The notes under the pieces are model-generated. The model was not told where the DNA came from. It saw only the letters and a program-made list of their open reading frames with translations, and did no database searches. A stretch of 64,000 nt of DNA, taken from NCBI GenBank assembly GCA_937891825.1, contig CALAHN010000088.1, positions 50,009-114,008 of the forward strand, written 5' to 3'. A program made the position numbers and the translations under genes. Positions 38,980 to 48,786 of this stretch are shown here, in pieces. Position 1 is the first letter of the stretch. Each line of letters begins with the position of its first letter. The stretch is from an uncultured Alphaproteobacteria bacterium (GTDB lineage: Bacteria > Pseudomonadota > Alphaproteobacteria > Bin95).

Positions 38980-39297
38980 ATGGACGCCATGTCCGCTATC
39001 GCTTCCCCGCTCGTATCCGCTGCCTATCAGGCGGTCCAGCAAGGACCGGCCAACGGCGGCAAGGTCGCCGGCGGCGACAAGGGCGGCTTTGCCGCAATGC
39101 TTGAAGACGCCGCCCGTTCGGCGGTCGAGACCATGAACAATTCGGAAAAGACCACGATGAAGGCCGCTGCCGGCGAGGCCGATCTTCTGGAAGTCGTTTC
39201 ATCGGTCAACGATGCCGAGTCGACCCTGCGGACGGTCATCGCCGTTCGGGACAAGGTGGTCCAGAGCTATCAGGAAATTCTCCGCATGCCGATCTGA
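38980..39297 (+). CDS. fliE: flagellar hook-basal body protein FliE
   Basis: 105 aa with a FliE C-terminal region (LRTVIAVRDKVVQSYQEILRMPI). Confidence 0.85.
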   Translation: MDAMSAIASPLVSAAYQAVQQGPANGGKVAGGDKGGFAAMLEDAARSAVETMNNSEKTTMKAAAGEADLLEVVSSVNDAESTLRTVIAVRDKVVQSYQEILRMPI

Positions 39298-39309
39298 CGG
39301 AGGCTCGCC

Positions 39310-39582
39310 ATGACGGAAATTGAAGTCATCGGAGTCGGCCGGGAAGGCATCCTGACGATTCTCTATGCCGCAGGTCCCCTGATGATGGTGGCCCTGGTCG
39401 TCGGCCTCAGCGTCTCCCTGTTTCAGGCGCTGACGCAGATCCAGGAAATGACCCTGGCTTTTGTGCCGAAGATCGTCGCGATTTTCGGGGCGTCGATCAT
39501 CATGGCCCCTTTCATGCTCTCGAAGGTCGACGATCTGGCGAAGGACATGTTCGACCGCATCGTCGCTATCGGCGGATCATGA
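39310..39582 (+). CDS. fliQ: flagellar export apparatus protein FliQ
   Basis: 90 aa two-TM protein with FliQ pattern. Confidence 0.9.
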   Translation: MTEIEVIGVGREGILTILYAAGPLMMVALVVGLSVSLFQALTQIQEMTLAFVPKIVAIFGASIIMAPFMLSKVDDLAKDMFDRIVAIGGS

Positions 39583-40343
39583 CGATCAGCGACGTTCTCG
39601 TCGCGGAGATTGCGACCTACGCCATTGTGTTCTGCCGGGTCGGCGCCGCCATGATGTTCATGCCCGGTTTCGGCGACTCGACCGTGAACGTCCGCGCCAG
39701 ACTGCTGCTGGCACTGGGACTGGCGCTGGCGATCGGCGGGAGCACCGGCGCGCCGGAAGCTTTGACCAGCGGCTTCTGGCCCGCTGTGGCGGCGATATTC
39801 GGGGAAGCGACGGTCGGCGTCTTCATCGGCCTCGCAGGGCGCTTGGCGATTGCGAGCTTGCAGGTGGCCGGCACGATCATCGCGACCCAGATCAGTCTCG
39901 CCAATGCCCTCAGCTTCGACGCGATCTCTGCCCAGCAAGGCGCTCTGCCGTCAAACTTTCTGACGATGACAGGCGTCGTCCTGCTGTTCGTGACCAACCT
40001 GCATCATGTGATGTTGGCCGGCCTCGTCGCCAGCTACCAGACATTTCCGCTGGGCGGCGCGCTGCCGCTGGGCGATTTCGCGGACGTAATCGCAACCCTC
40101 GTGTCGGAAGGCTTCGCCATCGGCCTCGCGCTCGCCGCGCCGTTCGTCCTCGTCGGGGTTATCGTTTCGATGGGGATGGGCTTGCTGGCGCGGCTGATGC
40201 CTCAGGTTCAGGTATTCTTCATCGTCATGCCGCTCCAGATCGCCGTGGGGCTCGGCTTGCTTGCGCTGACTTTGGGCGCCGGCATGCACTGGTTCCTCGG
40301 ACGATTTGTCGAACTGCAATCGCTCGTGATTTTCGGAGGCTGA
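39579..40343 (+). CDS. fliR: flagellar export apparatus protein FliR
   Basis: 254 aa polytopic membrane protein. Overlaps fliQ stop and flhB start. Confidence 0.9.
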   Translation: MTISDVLVAEIATYAIVFCRVGAAMMFMPGFGDSTVNVRARLLLALGLALAIGGSTGAPEALTSGFWPAVAAIFGEATVGVFIGLAGRLAIASLQVAGTIIATQISLANALSFDAISAQQGALPSNFLTMTGVVLLFVTNLHHVMLAGLVASYQTFPLGGALPLGDFADVIATLVSEGFAIGLALAAPFVLVGVIVSMGMGLLARLMPQVQVFFIVMPLQIAVGLGLLALTLGAGMHWFLGRFVELQSLVIFGG

Positions 40344-40349
40344 CCGGCG

Positions 40350-41423
40350 ATGTCCGATCAAGATGACAGCGAGAAGACAGAGGAGCCAACCCAAAAGAAG
40401 CTGGACGACGCGCGGACCAAGGGCCAGGTCGCCACATCCCGTGAAGTCAATCACTGGATCATGTTCGTCGCCATGGCCGTGTTCCTGCTGGGTCTGGCGC
40501 CGCCGCTCGCCAATGACATCAGCCTTGCGATGATCGGGTTCCTGGAGAGCCCGCATTCGGTCGAGATTACGGCCAAATCGCTGCCGATCATCCTCGCCGC
40601 CGCGCTCGCCGATGTCGCGATGGCGATCGCGCCGACTGCGGCCCTGTTCATCGTCGCGGCCTTCCTGGCGGGCGTCCTCCAGAACGGCATGCTCTTCTCG
40701 CCGGAATCGATCAAGCCCTCGCTCGAGAAGATTTCGCCGCTGGCTGGCATCAAGCGCATGTTCTCGATGAAGTCGATTGCGGAGTTCGCGAAGGGCATTC
40801 TGAAGCTCATCATCGTCGGTTCGATCGCGGCCGCGGTCGTGATGCCGGAGATGGCGGCGGTCGAAACCTTGTCCGGCATGGCCGCTGGCGACCTGATCGA
40901 ACGGCTGGCGACTGTGGCTGTGAAACTGCTGTTGGCGGTGCTCGCGGTCATGACGGCGATCGCGGTCGCCGACCTGCTCTACCAGAAATGGGAGCATCAG
41001 AAGCAGAACCGGATGTCGCGCCACGACATGAAGGAAGAATACAAGCAGACCGACGGCGACCCTATGATCAAGCAGCGCCTGCGGCAGATCCGGGCGGAGC
41101 GGTCGCGCAAGCGTATGATCGCCGAGGTGCCGAAGGCCGATGTGATCATCACCAACCCGACCCATTTCGCGGTCGCGCTGAAATATGACCAAATGGCGAT
41201 GAGCGCGCCGACCGTGATCGCCAAGGGCGCGGATACGGCGGCGTTCCGAATTCGTGAGGTCGCAAGGGAAAATGGCGTCCCGATTGTGGAAAACCCGCCC
41301 CTCGCACGGGCGATCTATGCAAGTGTCGACCTGGATCAGGAGATCCCGGAGGAACACTACAAAGCCGTTGCGGAGGTCATCAACTATGTTTGGAAAGCCA
41401 AAGGCAAGCGGCCAGCGCGCTGA
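40350..41423 (+). CDS. flhB: flagellar export apparatus protein FlhB
   Basis: 357 aa with the NPTHFAVALKYD autocleavage motif and 4 TM segments. Confidence 0.95.
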   Translation: MSDQDDSEKTEEPTQKKLDDARTKGQVATSREVNHWIMFVAMAVFLLGLAPPLANDISLAMIGFLESPHSVEITAKSLPIILAAALADVAMAIAPTAALFIVAAFLAGVLQNGMLFSPESIKPSLEKISPLAGIKRMFSMKSIAEFAKGILKLIIVGSIAAAVVMPEMAAVETLSGMAAGDLIERLATVAVKLLLAVLAVMTAIAVADLLYQKWEHQKQNRMSRHDMKEEYKQTDGDPMIKQRLRQIRAERSRKRMIAEVPKADVIITNPTHFAVALKYDQMAMSAPTVIAKGADTAAFRIREVARENGVPIVENPPLARAIYASVDLDQEIPEEHYKAVAEVINYVWKAKGKRPAR

Positions 41424-43203
41424 CCTGACGTCGCGCGTCGGCGCGGGCGTCGTCGCGGGGGCGTGCATGCTCGGCTCGGCGCTTGTCCTTGAACCGGCGG
41501 GGCTGCGCTACGCTTTGGCGGCCGCCGGGCTTGCGGCGATCGCGTGGCTTGCGCTCAAGCAGCGGGGGGCGTCGGCCATGGTTGACAGCGCCGCCGCGCC
41601 TGCCTCGTCGCCAGAGACGGCGGCGCAGCTTGGCGAACGCGCTGGCGCGCCGCCTGGCGATCCGGCCGTTCCGATTATGGCGCTGGGCGCGGCCGCGGAG
41701 CCGCAAGCGGGCGTCGATCATCCGTTCAGGCGGCTGCTGGAGACCGGCCCGGTCAGTCTGGCGCTCCTGGACCATTCGGGCGCCGTAATCGAGCATAGCG
41801 GGGCGTTCAGCCGCCTCGCGCAGACATCGAGACCTTTGATCGGCGTCTCCTTCGCCAGCCTCTTCGATGCGAAAGACCGCGCGGACCTCTTGTCGGCGAT
41901 CGCAGCCGCGGACAGCGAAAGCGGGCAGGAGCCGGTCGTCGCCCGGCTGACGGAGGGCAGGAAGGAAACCTGCGCCATCATCTTCACCGCCATCCAGGAC
42001 GATCCCAAGGTGATCGCGGCCAGCATCCAGGATGTGACCCAGGAGAAGAAGCTCGAAGCCCAGTTCGCGCAATCCCAGAAAATGCTGGCGGTCGGCCAGT
42101 TGGCGGGCGGCGTCGCGCACGATTTCAATAATCTCCTGACGGCGATCATCGGCCATGCCGATCTTCTGATGCTGAAATACAGTCCGAGCGACGACAGCTT
42201 CGCCGATATCAACCAGATCAAGCAGAACGCCAACCGCGCCGCCAATCTGGTCCGGCAATTGCTCGCGTTTTCCCGCCAGCAAACCCTGCAGCCGCGCGTG
42301 CTGGATGTGGGCGAGGCTCTGGCGGACCTCGGCAATCTCCTGCGCCGCCTGCTGGGGGCCGGGGTCGTACTGCACATTCGCCACGGACGCGACGTGGCCT
42401 TGGTCAAGGTCGACCGGGTGCAGTTGGAACAGGTGGTGATCAATCTCGCGGTCAATGCCCGCGACGCCATGGGCGGCAAGGGCGAGATGGAGATCGTGAC
42501 CCGCATGACCCAGGTCGGCGACACCGCCGGGACGCGGCTTGAGCCGATGCCCGCGGGCGTCTATGTCCAGATCGATGTGGTCGACCGGGGCTCGGGCATC
42601 GATCCAGACCATCTGGGCCGGATCTTCGAGCCCTTCTTCACCACCAAGCCCCTCGGCGAGGGCACAGGCCTCGGCCTCTCGACCGTCTATGGCATCGTCA
42701 AGCAGACGGGCGGCTTCATTTTCGTCGATAGTACGGTCGGCGTCGGCACGACGTTCTCACTGTATCTGCCGCCCCATGCGGAAGCGGCGCAGGACCGCAA
42801 ATCACATATTGAAGAACGCGCCCGGGATCTGACCGGCGTCGGGACGATCATGCTGGTGGAGGATGAGGACCCGGTTCGCCTGTTCGGCGCGCGGGCGCTT
42901 CGTGGCAAGGGCTACCGGGTGATCGAAGCCAGCACGGGCGAAGCAGCCTTGAAGCTGTTCCAGCAAGGCGAGGCGGACGATGTCGACCTGCTGGTGACCG
43001 ATATCGTCATGCCAGAACTGGACGGTCCGAGCTTGATCACGGCCGCACGCAAATTTCGGCCGAGTCTGCCAGTCGTCTGCGTCTCGGGATACGCCGAATC
43101 GGCGTTCCGGGACAAACTGCTGGGCATCGAGAATGTTCACTTTTTGCCCAAGCCGTTCACGCTCAATCAACTCGCGGGCAAGGTTAAGGACGTTATGCCG
43201 TAA
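41386..43203 (+). CDS. hybrid sensor histidine kinase/response regulator, CckA-like (TM - PAS-like - HisKA - HATPase_c - REC)
   Basis: HisKA H-box LAGGVAHDFNNLLTAI, G-boxes GTGLGL, and REC domain (IMLVEDEDPV...DLLVTDIVMPELDG). Start uncertain: MFGK at 41386 overlaps flhB by 38 bp; alternative start at 41466. Confidence 0.8.
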   Translation: MFGKPKASGQRADLTSRVGAGVVAGACMLGSALVLEPAGLRYALAAAGLAAIAWLALKQRGASAMVDSAAAPASSPETAAQLGERAGAPPGDPAVPIMALGAAAEPQAGVDHPFRRLLETGPVSLALLDHSGAVIEHSGAFSRLAQTSRPLIGVSFASLFDAKDRADLLSAIAAADSESGQEPVVARLTEGRKETCAIIFTAIQDDPKVIAASIQDVTQEKKLEAQFAQSQKMLAVGQLAGGVAHDFNNLLTAIIGHADLLMLKYSPSDDSFADINQIKQNANRAANLVRQLLAFSRQQTLQPRVLDVGEALADLGNLLRRLLGAGVVLHIRHGRDVALVKVDRVQLEQVVINLAVNARDAMGGKGEMEIVTRMTQVGDTAGTRLEPMPAGVYVQIDVVDRGSGIDPDHLGRIFEPFFTTKPLGEGTGLGLSTVYGIVKQTGGFIFVDSTVGVGTTFSLYLPPHAEAAQDRKSHIEERARDLTGVGTIMLVEDEDPVRLFGARALRGKGYRVIEASTGEAALKLFQQGEADDVDLLVTDIVMPELDGPSLITAARKFRPSLPVVCVSGYAESAFRDKLLGIENVHFLPKPFTLNQLAGKVKDVMP

Positions 43204-43211
43204 GTGTTTTT

Positions 43212-43236
43212 GTTCTTTTCTCGCGAGAATAAGAAC
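43212..43236. promoter_or_regulatory. imperfect palindrome GTTCTTt-TCTCGCGAGA-aTAAGAAC followed by a TTGACA -35-like hexamer upstream of recA
   Basis: Read directly. Inner TCTCGCGAGA is a perfect palindrome; outer arms GTTCTT/AAGAAC. TTGACA lies at 43242..43247, about 100 bp upstream of the recA ATG. Confidence 0.35.
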
Positions 43237-43346
43237 AAACGTTGACAATAGGAACATTTCGTGGACTTATAGCGCCATCGCAATGCGTATGCCGGGGCGC
43301 GCTCAAATTGCGCCGCCCGGACCGCTATGAAATGATGGAGGCTTGA

Positions 43347-44414
43347 ATGGCCGATTCGGCGCTTCGTTTGGTAGAGACCGGGAAAATGGATAAGCAGAAG
43401 GCGCTGGAAGCCGCATTGGGCCAGATCGAACGCGCGTTCGGCAAGGGCTCGATCATGAAGCTCGGGGACCAGAAAGCGCTTGAGATCGAAGCGGTTTCTA
43501 CGGGCTCGCTCGGCCTCGATATCGCGCTTGGCATCGGCGGCGTGCCACGCGGCCGCATTGTCGAAGTCTATGGGCCGGAAAGCTCCGGCAAGACGACGCT
43601 GGCGCTCCACATCGTCGCCGAAGCGCAGAAGCTGGGCGGCGTCGCTGCGTTCATCGACGCCGAGCATGCGCTTGACCCAATTTACGCCAAGAAACTCGGC
43701 GTCAATGTGGAGGAACTCCTGATTTCTCAGCCGGATACCGGCGAGCAGGCGCTGGAGATCACCGACACCCTGGTCCGATCCCAGGCGGTGGATGTCCTGG
43801 TCATCGACAGCGTCGCGGCCTTGACCCCGCGGGCTGAAATCGAAGGCGAGATGGGCGACAGCTTGCCGGGCCTGCAGGCCCGTTTGATGAGCCAGGCGCT
43901 CCGTAAACTGACGGCGTCAATTTCGAAAAGCCGCACGCTGGTCATCTTCATCAATCAGATCCGGATGAAGATCGGCGTCATGTTCGGCAGCCCCGAAACG
44001 ACGACCGGCGGCAACGCCCTCAAGTTTTATGCTTCGGTCCGGCTGGATATCCGTCGGATCGGCCAGATCAAGGACCGCGAAGAAGTCGTCGGCAATCAGA
44101 CCCGGGTCAAGGTCGTCAAGAACAAGGTGTCGCCGCCATTCAAGATGGTCGAATTCGACATCATCTACGGTCAGGGCATTTCGAAGATGGGCGAGTTGAT
44201 CGACCTTGGCGTCAAGGCGAACATCGTCGAGAAATCCGGGTCCTGGTTCTCGTTCGGTCAGGAACGTCTGGGGCAGGGCCGGGAGAACGCCAAGACGTTC
44301 CTGAAGCAGAACCCCGAGATCGCCAGCATCATCGAAAGCCGCATCCGCGAAAACTCCGGTCTGGTCGCGGAAAAGATGATCTCCGAGGAGCCGTCTCCCG
44401 ACGAAGAAGAATAG
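43347..44414 (+). CDS. recA: recombinase RecA
   Basis: Walker [13 protein letters not shown] and conserved L1/L2 regions; 355 aa. Confidence 0.97.
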   Translation: MADSALRLVETGKMDKQKALEAALGQIERAFGKGSIMKLGDQKALEIEAVSTGSLGLDIALGIGGVPRGRIVEVYGPESSGKTTLALHIVAEAQKLGGVAAFIDAEHALDPIYAKKLGVNVEELLISQPDTGEQALEITDTLVRSQAVDVLVIDSVAALTPRAEIEGEMGDSLPGLQARLMSQALRKLTASISKSRTLVIFINQIRMKIGVMFGSPETTTGGNALKFYASVRLDIRRIGQIKDREEVVGNQTRVKVVKNKVSPPFKMVEFDIIYGQGISKMGELIDLGVKANIVEKSGSWFSFGQERLGQGRENAKTFLKQNPEIASIIESRIRENSGLVAEKMISEEPSPDEEE

Positions 44415-44525
44415 GCCCCGGTCCGGCCTTTTCCCGCTGGAGGTCTGGACAGATTTGTCCCGGCAAGGCTAGATCGCCGCTATTGCCGCTGAGGCGCGGC
44501 GTTCGGATTGCATGGGACGGATCGG

Positions 44526-47183
44526 ATGGAGACGGCTAACGGGATTCGCAGGGCGTTTCTCGATTATTACGGGAAGAACGGGCACGAGGTCATAGCCTCC
44601 AGCCCGCTCGTGCCCTTGAACGATCCGACCCTGCTGTTCACGAACGCGGGCATGGTGCAGTTCAAGAATGTCTTCACCGGCGTCGAGCACCGGCCATACA
44701 GTCGCGCGGCCACGTCGCAGAAATGCGTGCGGGCCGGCGGCAAGCACAATGATCTGGAGAACGTCGGCTATACCGCGCGGCATCACACATTCTTCGAGAT
44801 GCTCGGCAATTTTTCGTTCGGCGACTATTTCAAGGATGTCGCGATCGAGCTGGCCTGGAACCTGATCACCCAGGAATACGGCCTGCCCAAGGACAAGCTG
44901 CTGGTCACCGTCTATTCCGAGGACGATGAAGCTGCCGCCCTCTGGCGCAAGATCGCGGGTCTCGGCGACGACCGCATTATCCGCATTCCGACATCCGACA
45001 ATTTCTGGTCGATGGGCGAGACCGGTCCCTGCGGCCCCTGTTCCGAAATCTTCTTCGATCATGGCGACAAGATCCCGGGCGGTCCGCCCGGTTCCGCCGA
45101 TGAGGACGGCGACCGGTTCATCGAGATCTGGAACCTGGTCTTCATGCAGTTCGAGCAGGTGACGAAGGATGAGCGGGTCAACCTGCCGCGCCCCTCGATC
45201 GATACCGGCATGGGGCTTGAGCGCATCTCCGCGGTCCTGCAGGGCAAGCACGACAATTACGACATCGACCTCATGCGAGCCTTGATCGAGGACGTGGCGC
45301 ATCGGACCAATGTCGATCCCGACGGCCCGCAAAAATCTTCGCACCGGGTGATCGCGGATCATATCCGCGCCGCGTCCTTCCTGATCGCGGAAGGCGTGCT
45401 GCCGTCCAATGAAGGGCGCGGCTATGTGTTGCGCCGGATCATGCGACGCGGCATGCGCCATGCGCATCTTCTGGGCGCCACGGACCCGTTGCTCTGCAAG
45501 ATCGCGCCGACGCTGGCGCGGGAAATGGGCGACGATTATCCGGAACTCCGCCGTGCCGCCGCGCTCATCGAAGAAACCTTGCGGCTTGAGGAAGAGCGCT
45601 TCAAGGCGACCCTCGACCGCGGCCTCCGTCTCCTGGAAGACGCCGTCGCGCCCTTGGCCGAAGGCGCTTCCCTCGATGGCGAGACGGCCTTCAAGCTCTA
45701 TGACACCTTCGGTTTTCCGCTCGACCTCACCCAGGATATTCTGCGCGGCCAGGGCCGGGTTGTGGATACGGCGGGCTTCGATGCGGCGATGGCCCGGCAG
45801 CGGGCGGCGGCCAGGCAAGCGTGGGTCGGCTCGGGCGACGCCGCCGCCGATGCATCGCTCTGGTACGATCTCCGCGACCGGCTGGGCGCGACCGAGTTCC
45901 TGGGCTACGCGCTGGAGCACGCCGAAGGCGTCGTCACGGCGATTGTCGCCGATGGCGTCGAGGTCGAGCGGCTGGAGGCTGGCGCCTCGGCGCAGATCCT
46001 GCTCAATCAGACGCCGTTCTATGCCGAATCCGGCGGCCAGGTCGGCGATAGCGGCCGCATGGCCGGTCCGAACGGCTTGACGCTCAAGGTGGACGACGTC
46101 CAGAAGCGCCTGGGCGATCTCTGGGCGCATCAGGTTACGGTCGAAAGCGGCGTCCTGAAAGTCGGGGCGCCGCTGGAGTTGGCGGTCGACGGCGAACGCC
46201 GCGCCCATATCCGGCGCAATCATTCCGCGACCCATTTGCTGCATGCGGCGCTCCGCGATGCGCTGGGCGCCCATGTCGCGCAAAAGGGTTCGCTCGTCGC
46301 GCCGGGACGGCTCAGGTTCGATATCTCGCATCCCAAGCCCATCGGCCCGAGCGAGATGGCGGCCGTCGAGCAGGCGGTGAACGCGCGCATCCGGATGAAC
46401 AGCGCCGTCTCGACCCGGGTCATGCCGACGGACCAGGCCATCGAAGCTGGCGCCATGGCGCTCTTCGGCGAGAAATACGGCGATGAAGTCCGCGTCGTGT
46501 CGATGGGCGGACCGACTGACCACGCGAGCGCGACGCCGTGGTCGGTGGAGTTATGCGGCGGCATTCATGTCGACCGGACGGGCGATATCGGCGGGTTCAT
46601 GATCCTCTCGGAAGGCGCGGTCGCAGCCGGCGTCCGCCGGATCGAGGCCGTGACCGGGCAGGCGGCGGAAAGCTATGTGGTCGATCGCCGGCGCCTGCTG
46701 GATGAGATCGCGGGCGCGCTCAAAAGCACGCCTGAGGATGCGCCGGCGCGGGTCGCTCAATTGTTGGAGGACCGCCGCAAGCTCGAGCGCGAGGCGGCCG
46801 ACCTCCGGAAGAAGCTTGCGGCAGGCGGTGACGGCGGCGGCAAGCCTGAAGTGCGCCAGGTGGGCGGCCATGGCTTTATTGGCCGCGCCTTGACCGGCAC
46901 GCCCGCTAAGGAATTGCGCGGCATGGCCGACGCCTTGCGCGGCCAGGTCGGCTCCGGCGTCGTCGCCATCGTCGCGGAGGACCAGGGCAAGGCTTCCCTG
47001 GTCGTCGCCGTAACGCCAGACCTGAAGGGTGCGGTCGATGCCGTCGCCCTGGTGCGCGTCGGCGCCGCCGTCGTCGGCGGGAGCGGCGGCGGCGGCCGGC
47101 CGGACATGGCCCAGGCCGGCGGACCGGACGGTCATAAAGCCGAAGCCGCATTGCAGGCGATTGAAGCAGCGCTCGCGGGGTAA
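44526..47183 (+). CDS. alaS: alanine--tRNA ligase
   Basis: Class II aaRS motifs, HSATH editing-domain motif and C-terminal DHHA1 region. Start at [11 protein letters not shown] (44526). Confidence 0.97.
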   Translation: METANGIRRAFLDYYGKNGHEVIASSPLVPLNDPTLLFTNAGMVQFKNVFTGVEHRPYSRAATSQKCVRAGGKHNDLENVGYTARHHTFFEMLGNFSFGDYFKDVAIELAWNLITQEYGLPKDKLLVTVYSEDDEAAALWRKIAGLGDDRIIRIPTSDNFWSMGETGPCGPCSEIFFDHGDKIPGGPPGSADEDGDRFIEIWNLVFMQFEQVTKDERVNLPRPSIDTGMGLERISAVLQGKHDNYDIDLMRALIEDVAHRTNVDPDGPQKSSHRVIADHIRAASFLIAEGVLPSNEGRGYVLRRIMRRGMRHAHLLGATDPLLCKIAPTLAREMGDDYPELRRAAALIEETLRLEEERFKATLDRGLRLLEDAVAPLAEGASLDGETAFKLYDTFGFPLDLTQDILRGQGRVVDTAGFDAAMARQRAAARQAWVGSGDAAADASLWYDLRDRLGATEFLGYALEHAEGVVTAIVADGVEVERLEAGASAQILLNQTPFYAESGGQVGDSGRMAGPNGLTLKVDDVQKRLGDLWAHQVTVESGVLKVGAPLELAVDGERRAHIRRNHSATHLLHAALRDALGAHVAQKGSLVAPGRLRFDISHPKPIGPSEMAAVEQAVNARIRMNSAVSTRVMPTDQAIEAGAMALFGEKYGDEVRVVSMGGPTDHASATPWSVELCGGIHVDRTGDIGGFMILSEGAVAAGVRRIEAVTGQAAESYVVDRRRLLDEIAGALKSTPEDAPARVAQLLEDRRKLEREAADLRKKLAAGGDGGGKPEVRQVGGHGFIGRALTGTPAKELRGMADALRGQVGSGVVAIVAEDQGKASLVVAVTPDLKGAVDAVALVRVGAAVVGGSGGGGRPDMAQAGGPDGHKAEAALQAIEAALAG

Positions 47184-47192
47184 GGCAGGACG

Positions 47193-47549
47193 ATGACCAA
47201 CCCATTGACGATCTGGCATAATCCTCGTTGCTCGAAGTCGCGGGCGGCTCTGGCGTTGCTGCGCGATCGCGGGGTTGAACCGGAAATTATCGAGTACCTG
47301 AAGCATCCTCCGGAACCTTCTGAAATCAAGCGGGTTCTTGGCGCATTGGGTATGGCCCCACGGGACCTGATGCGGAAGGGCGAAGCCCCCTATAAAGACC
47401 TGGATCTTGGGAATGCGGCACAGTCTGAGACCGCGTTGATCGCTGCGATGGCCGCATATCCTGTTTTGATCGAGCGGCCAGTCGTTCTCAAAGGAGCTGA
47501 GGCGGCGCTGGGCCGGCCGCCGGAGGCGGTTCTGAAACTCACTGCATAA
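47193..47549 (+). CDS. ArsC-family reductase (ArsC/YffB/Spx-like)
   Basis: 118 aa with N-terminal catalytic-Cys context [11 protein letters not shown]. Confidence 0.8.
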   Translation: MTNPLTIWHNPRCSKSRAALALLRDRGVEPEIIEYLKHPPEPSEIKRVLGALGMAPRDLMRKGEAPYKDLDLGNAAQSETALIAAMAAYPVLIERPVVLKGAEAALGRPPEAVLKLTA

Positions 47550-47586
47550 TCGGGCGTCAAGCCTGTCTCAACCAAGGGGAAGCACG

Positions 47587-48768
47587 ATGCGGGAAGCAGT
47601 CATCGTTTCAACGGCGCGGACGCCGATCGGCAAGGCCTATCGCGGCGCCTTCAACGATCTCGATGCGCCGACAATGGCAGGCTATGCGATCGCGGCCGCC
47701 GTGACGCGGGCCAAGCTCGATCCCGCCGATGTCGAGGATTGCGTGATGGGCGCGGCCATGCAGCAGGGATCGACCGGCTACAACATCGGGCGTCTCGCAG
47801 CGCTCGCCGGCGGTCTGCCGGCCAGCGTCGCCGGGATGAGCATCGACCGGCAATGCGCGTCCGGGATGATGGCGATCGCGACCGCGGCCAAGCAGGTCGT
47901 CTCCGATCGGATGAACGTCGTCGTCGCCGGCGGGCTTGAATCGATCAGCCTCGTCCAGAACGAGCACCGGAACGGCTACCGCGCCCAGGATCCGAACCTG
48001 CTCGCGAAACATCCGAATATCTATATGGCGATGCTGGAGACGGCGGAAACGGTCGCCCGCCGCTATGACATCGGCCGCGACGCCCAGGACGCCTATGGCC
48101 TCCAGTCGCAGCAGCGCACCGCAGCCGCCCAGGCAGCCGGCAAGTTCGACGATGAAATCATTCCCGTCACGGTCGAGAAGGTCGTCTTCGACAAGGCGAC
48201 CAAGGCCGCATCCCGCCAGGAGGTGACCCTTTTCCAGGATGAGGGCAACAGGCCCGACACCAGCGCTGAGGGCCTGGCGAACTTGAAGCCGGTGATCGAG
48301 GGCGGCTGCATCACGGCGGGCAATGCCAGCCAGTTGTCGGACGGCGCCAGCGCTGCGGTCGTCATGGAAGCCGGGGAGGCGGCCCGGCGCGGCCTCGCGC
48401 CGCTCGGCCTTTACAAGGGCATGGCGGTCGCAGGCTGCGAGCCCGACGAAATGGGCATCGGCCCGGTGTTCGCCGTGCCCAAGCTCCTGAAGAATTTTGG
48501 CTTGACGATGGATGACATCGGCCTTTGGGAATTGAACGAAGCTTTCGCGGTGCAGGTGCTGTACTGCCGCGACAAGCTCGGCATTCCGGACGCGCTCTTG
48601 AACGTCAATGGCGGCGCGATCTCGATCGGGCATCCTTATGGCATGTCCGGCGCGCGGATGGTCGGCCATGCCTTGATCGAGGGGAAGCGCCGTGGGGCCA
48701 AGCATGTCGTCTGCACCATGTGCGTCGGCGGCGGCATGGGCGCGGCTGGGCTGTTTGAAGTCCTCTAG
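47587..48768 (+). CDS. acetyl-CoA C-acetyltransferase (thiolase II)
   Basis: Thiolase N-terminus [12 protein letters not shown], active-site Cys regions and C-terminal CVGGGMGAA. Confidence 0.9.
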   Translation: MREAVIVSTARTPIGKAYRGAFNDLDAPTMAGYAIAAAVTRAKLDPADVEDCVMGAAMQQGSTGYNIGRLAALAGGLPASVAGMSIDRQCASGMMAIATAAKQVVSDRMNVVVAGGLESISLVQNEHRNGYRAQDPNLLAKHPNIYMAMLETAETVARRYDIGRDAQDAYGLQSQQRTAAAQAAGKFDDEIIPVTVEKVVFDKATKAASRQEVTLFQDEGNRPDTSAEGLANLKPVIEGGCITAGNASQLSDGASAAVVMEAGEAARRGLAPLGLYKGMAVAGCEPDEMGIGPVFAVPKLLKNFGLTMDDIGLWELNEAFAVQVLYCRDKLGIPDALLNVNGGAISIGHPYGMSGARMVGHALIEGKRRGAKHVVCTMCVGGGMGAAGLFEVL

Positions 48769-48786
48769 GGTCGCGCTGGCCGTCTG

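Noticed and set aside
39951-42612. 505-aa and 410-aa minus-strand ORFs
   Set aside because: They are antisense to fliR/flhB and to the hybrid kinase; Arg/His-rich low-complexity translation.
43204-43346. Canonical alphaproteobacterial LexA box GTTC-N7-GTTC upstream of recA
   Set aside because: Only a degenerate GAAC-N7-GACA and GTTC/GAAC pairs with N15/N17 spacing are present. Reported instead as an uncharacterised palindrome.
44415-44507. Possible recA terminator hairpin (GGCCCCGGTCCGGCC TTTT)
   Set aside because: Self-complementary CCGG/GGCC blocks give no unambiguous stem of 5 bp or more with a loop. A T4 run is present, but the structure is too weak to call.
44469-46523. 684-aa minus-strand ORF
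   Set aside because: It is antisense to alaS.
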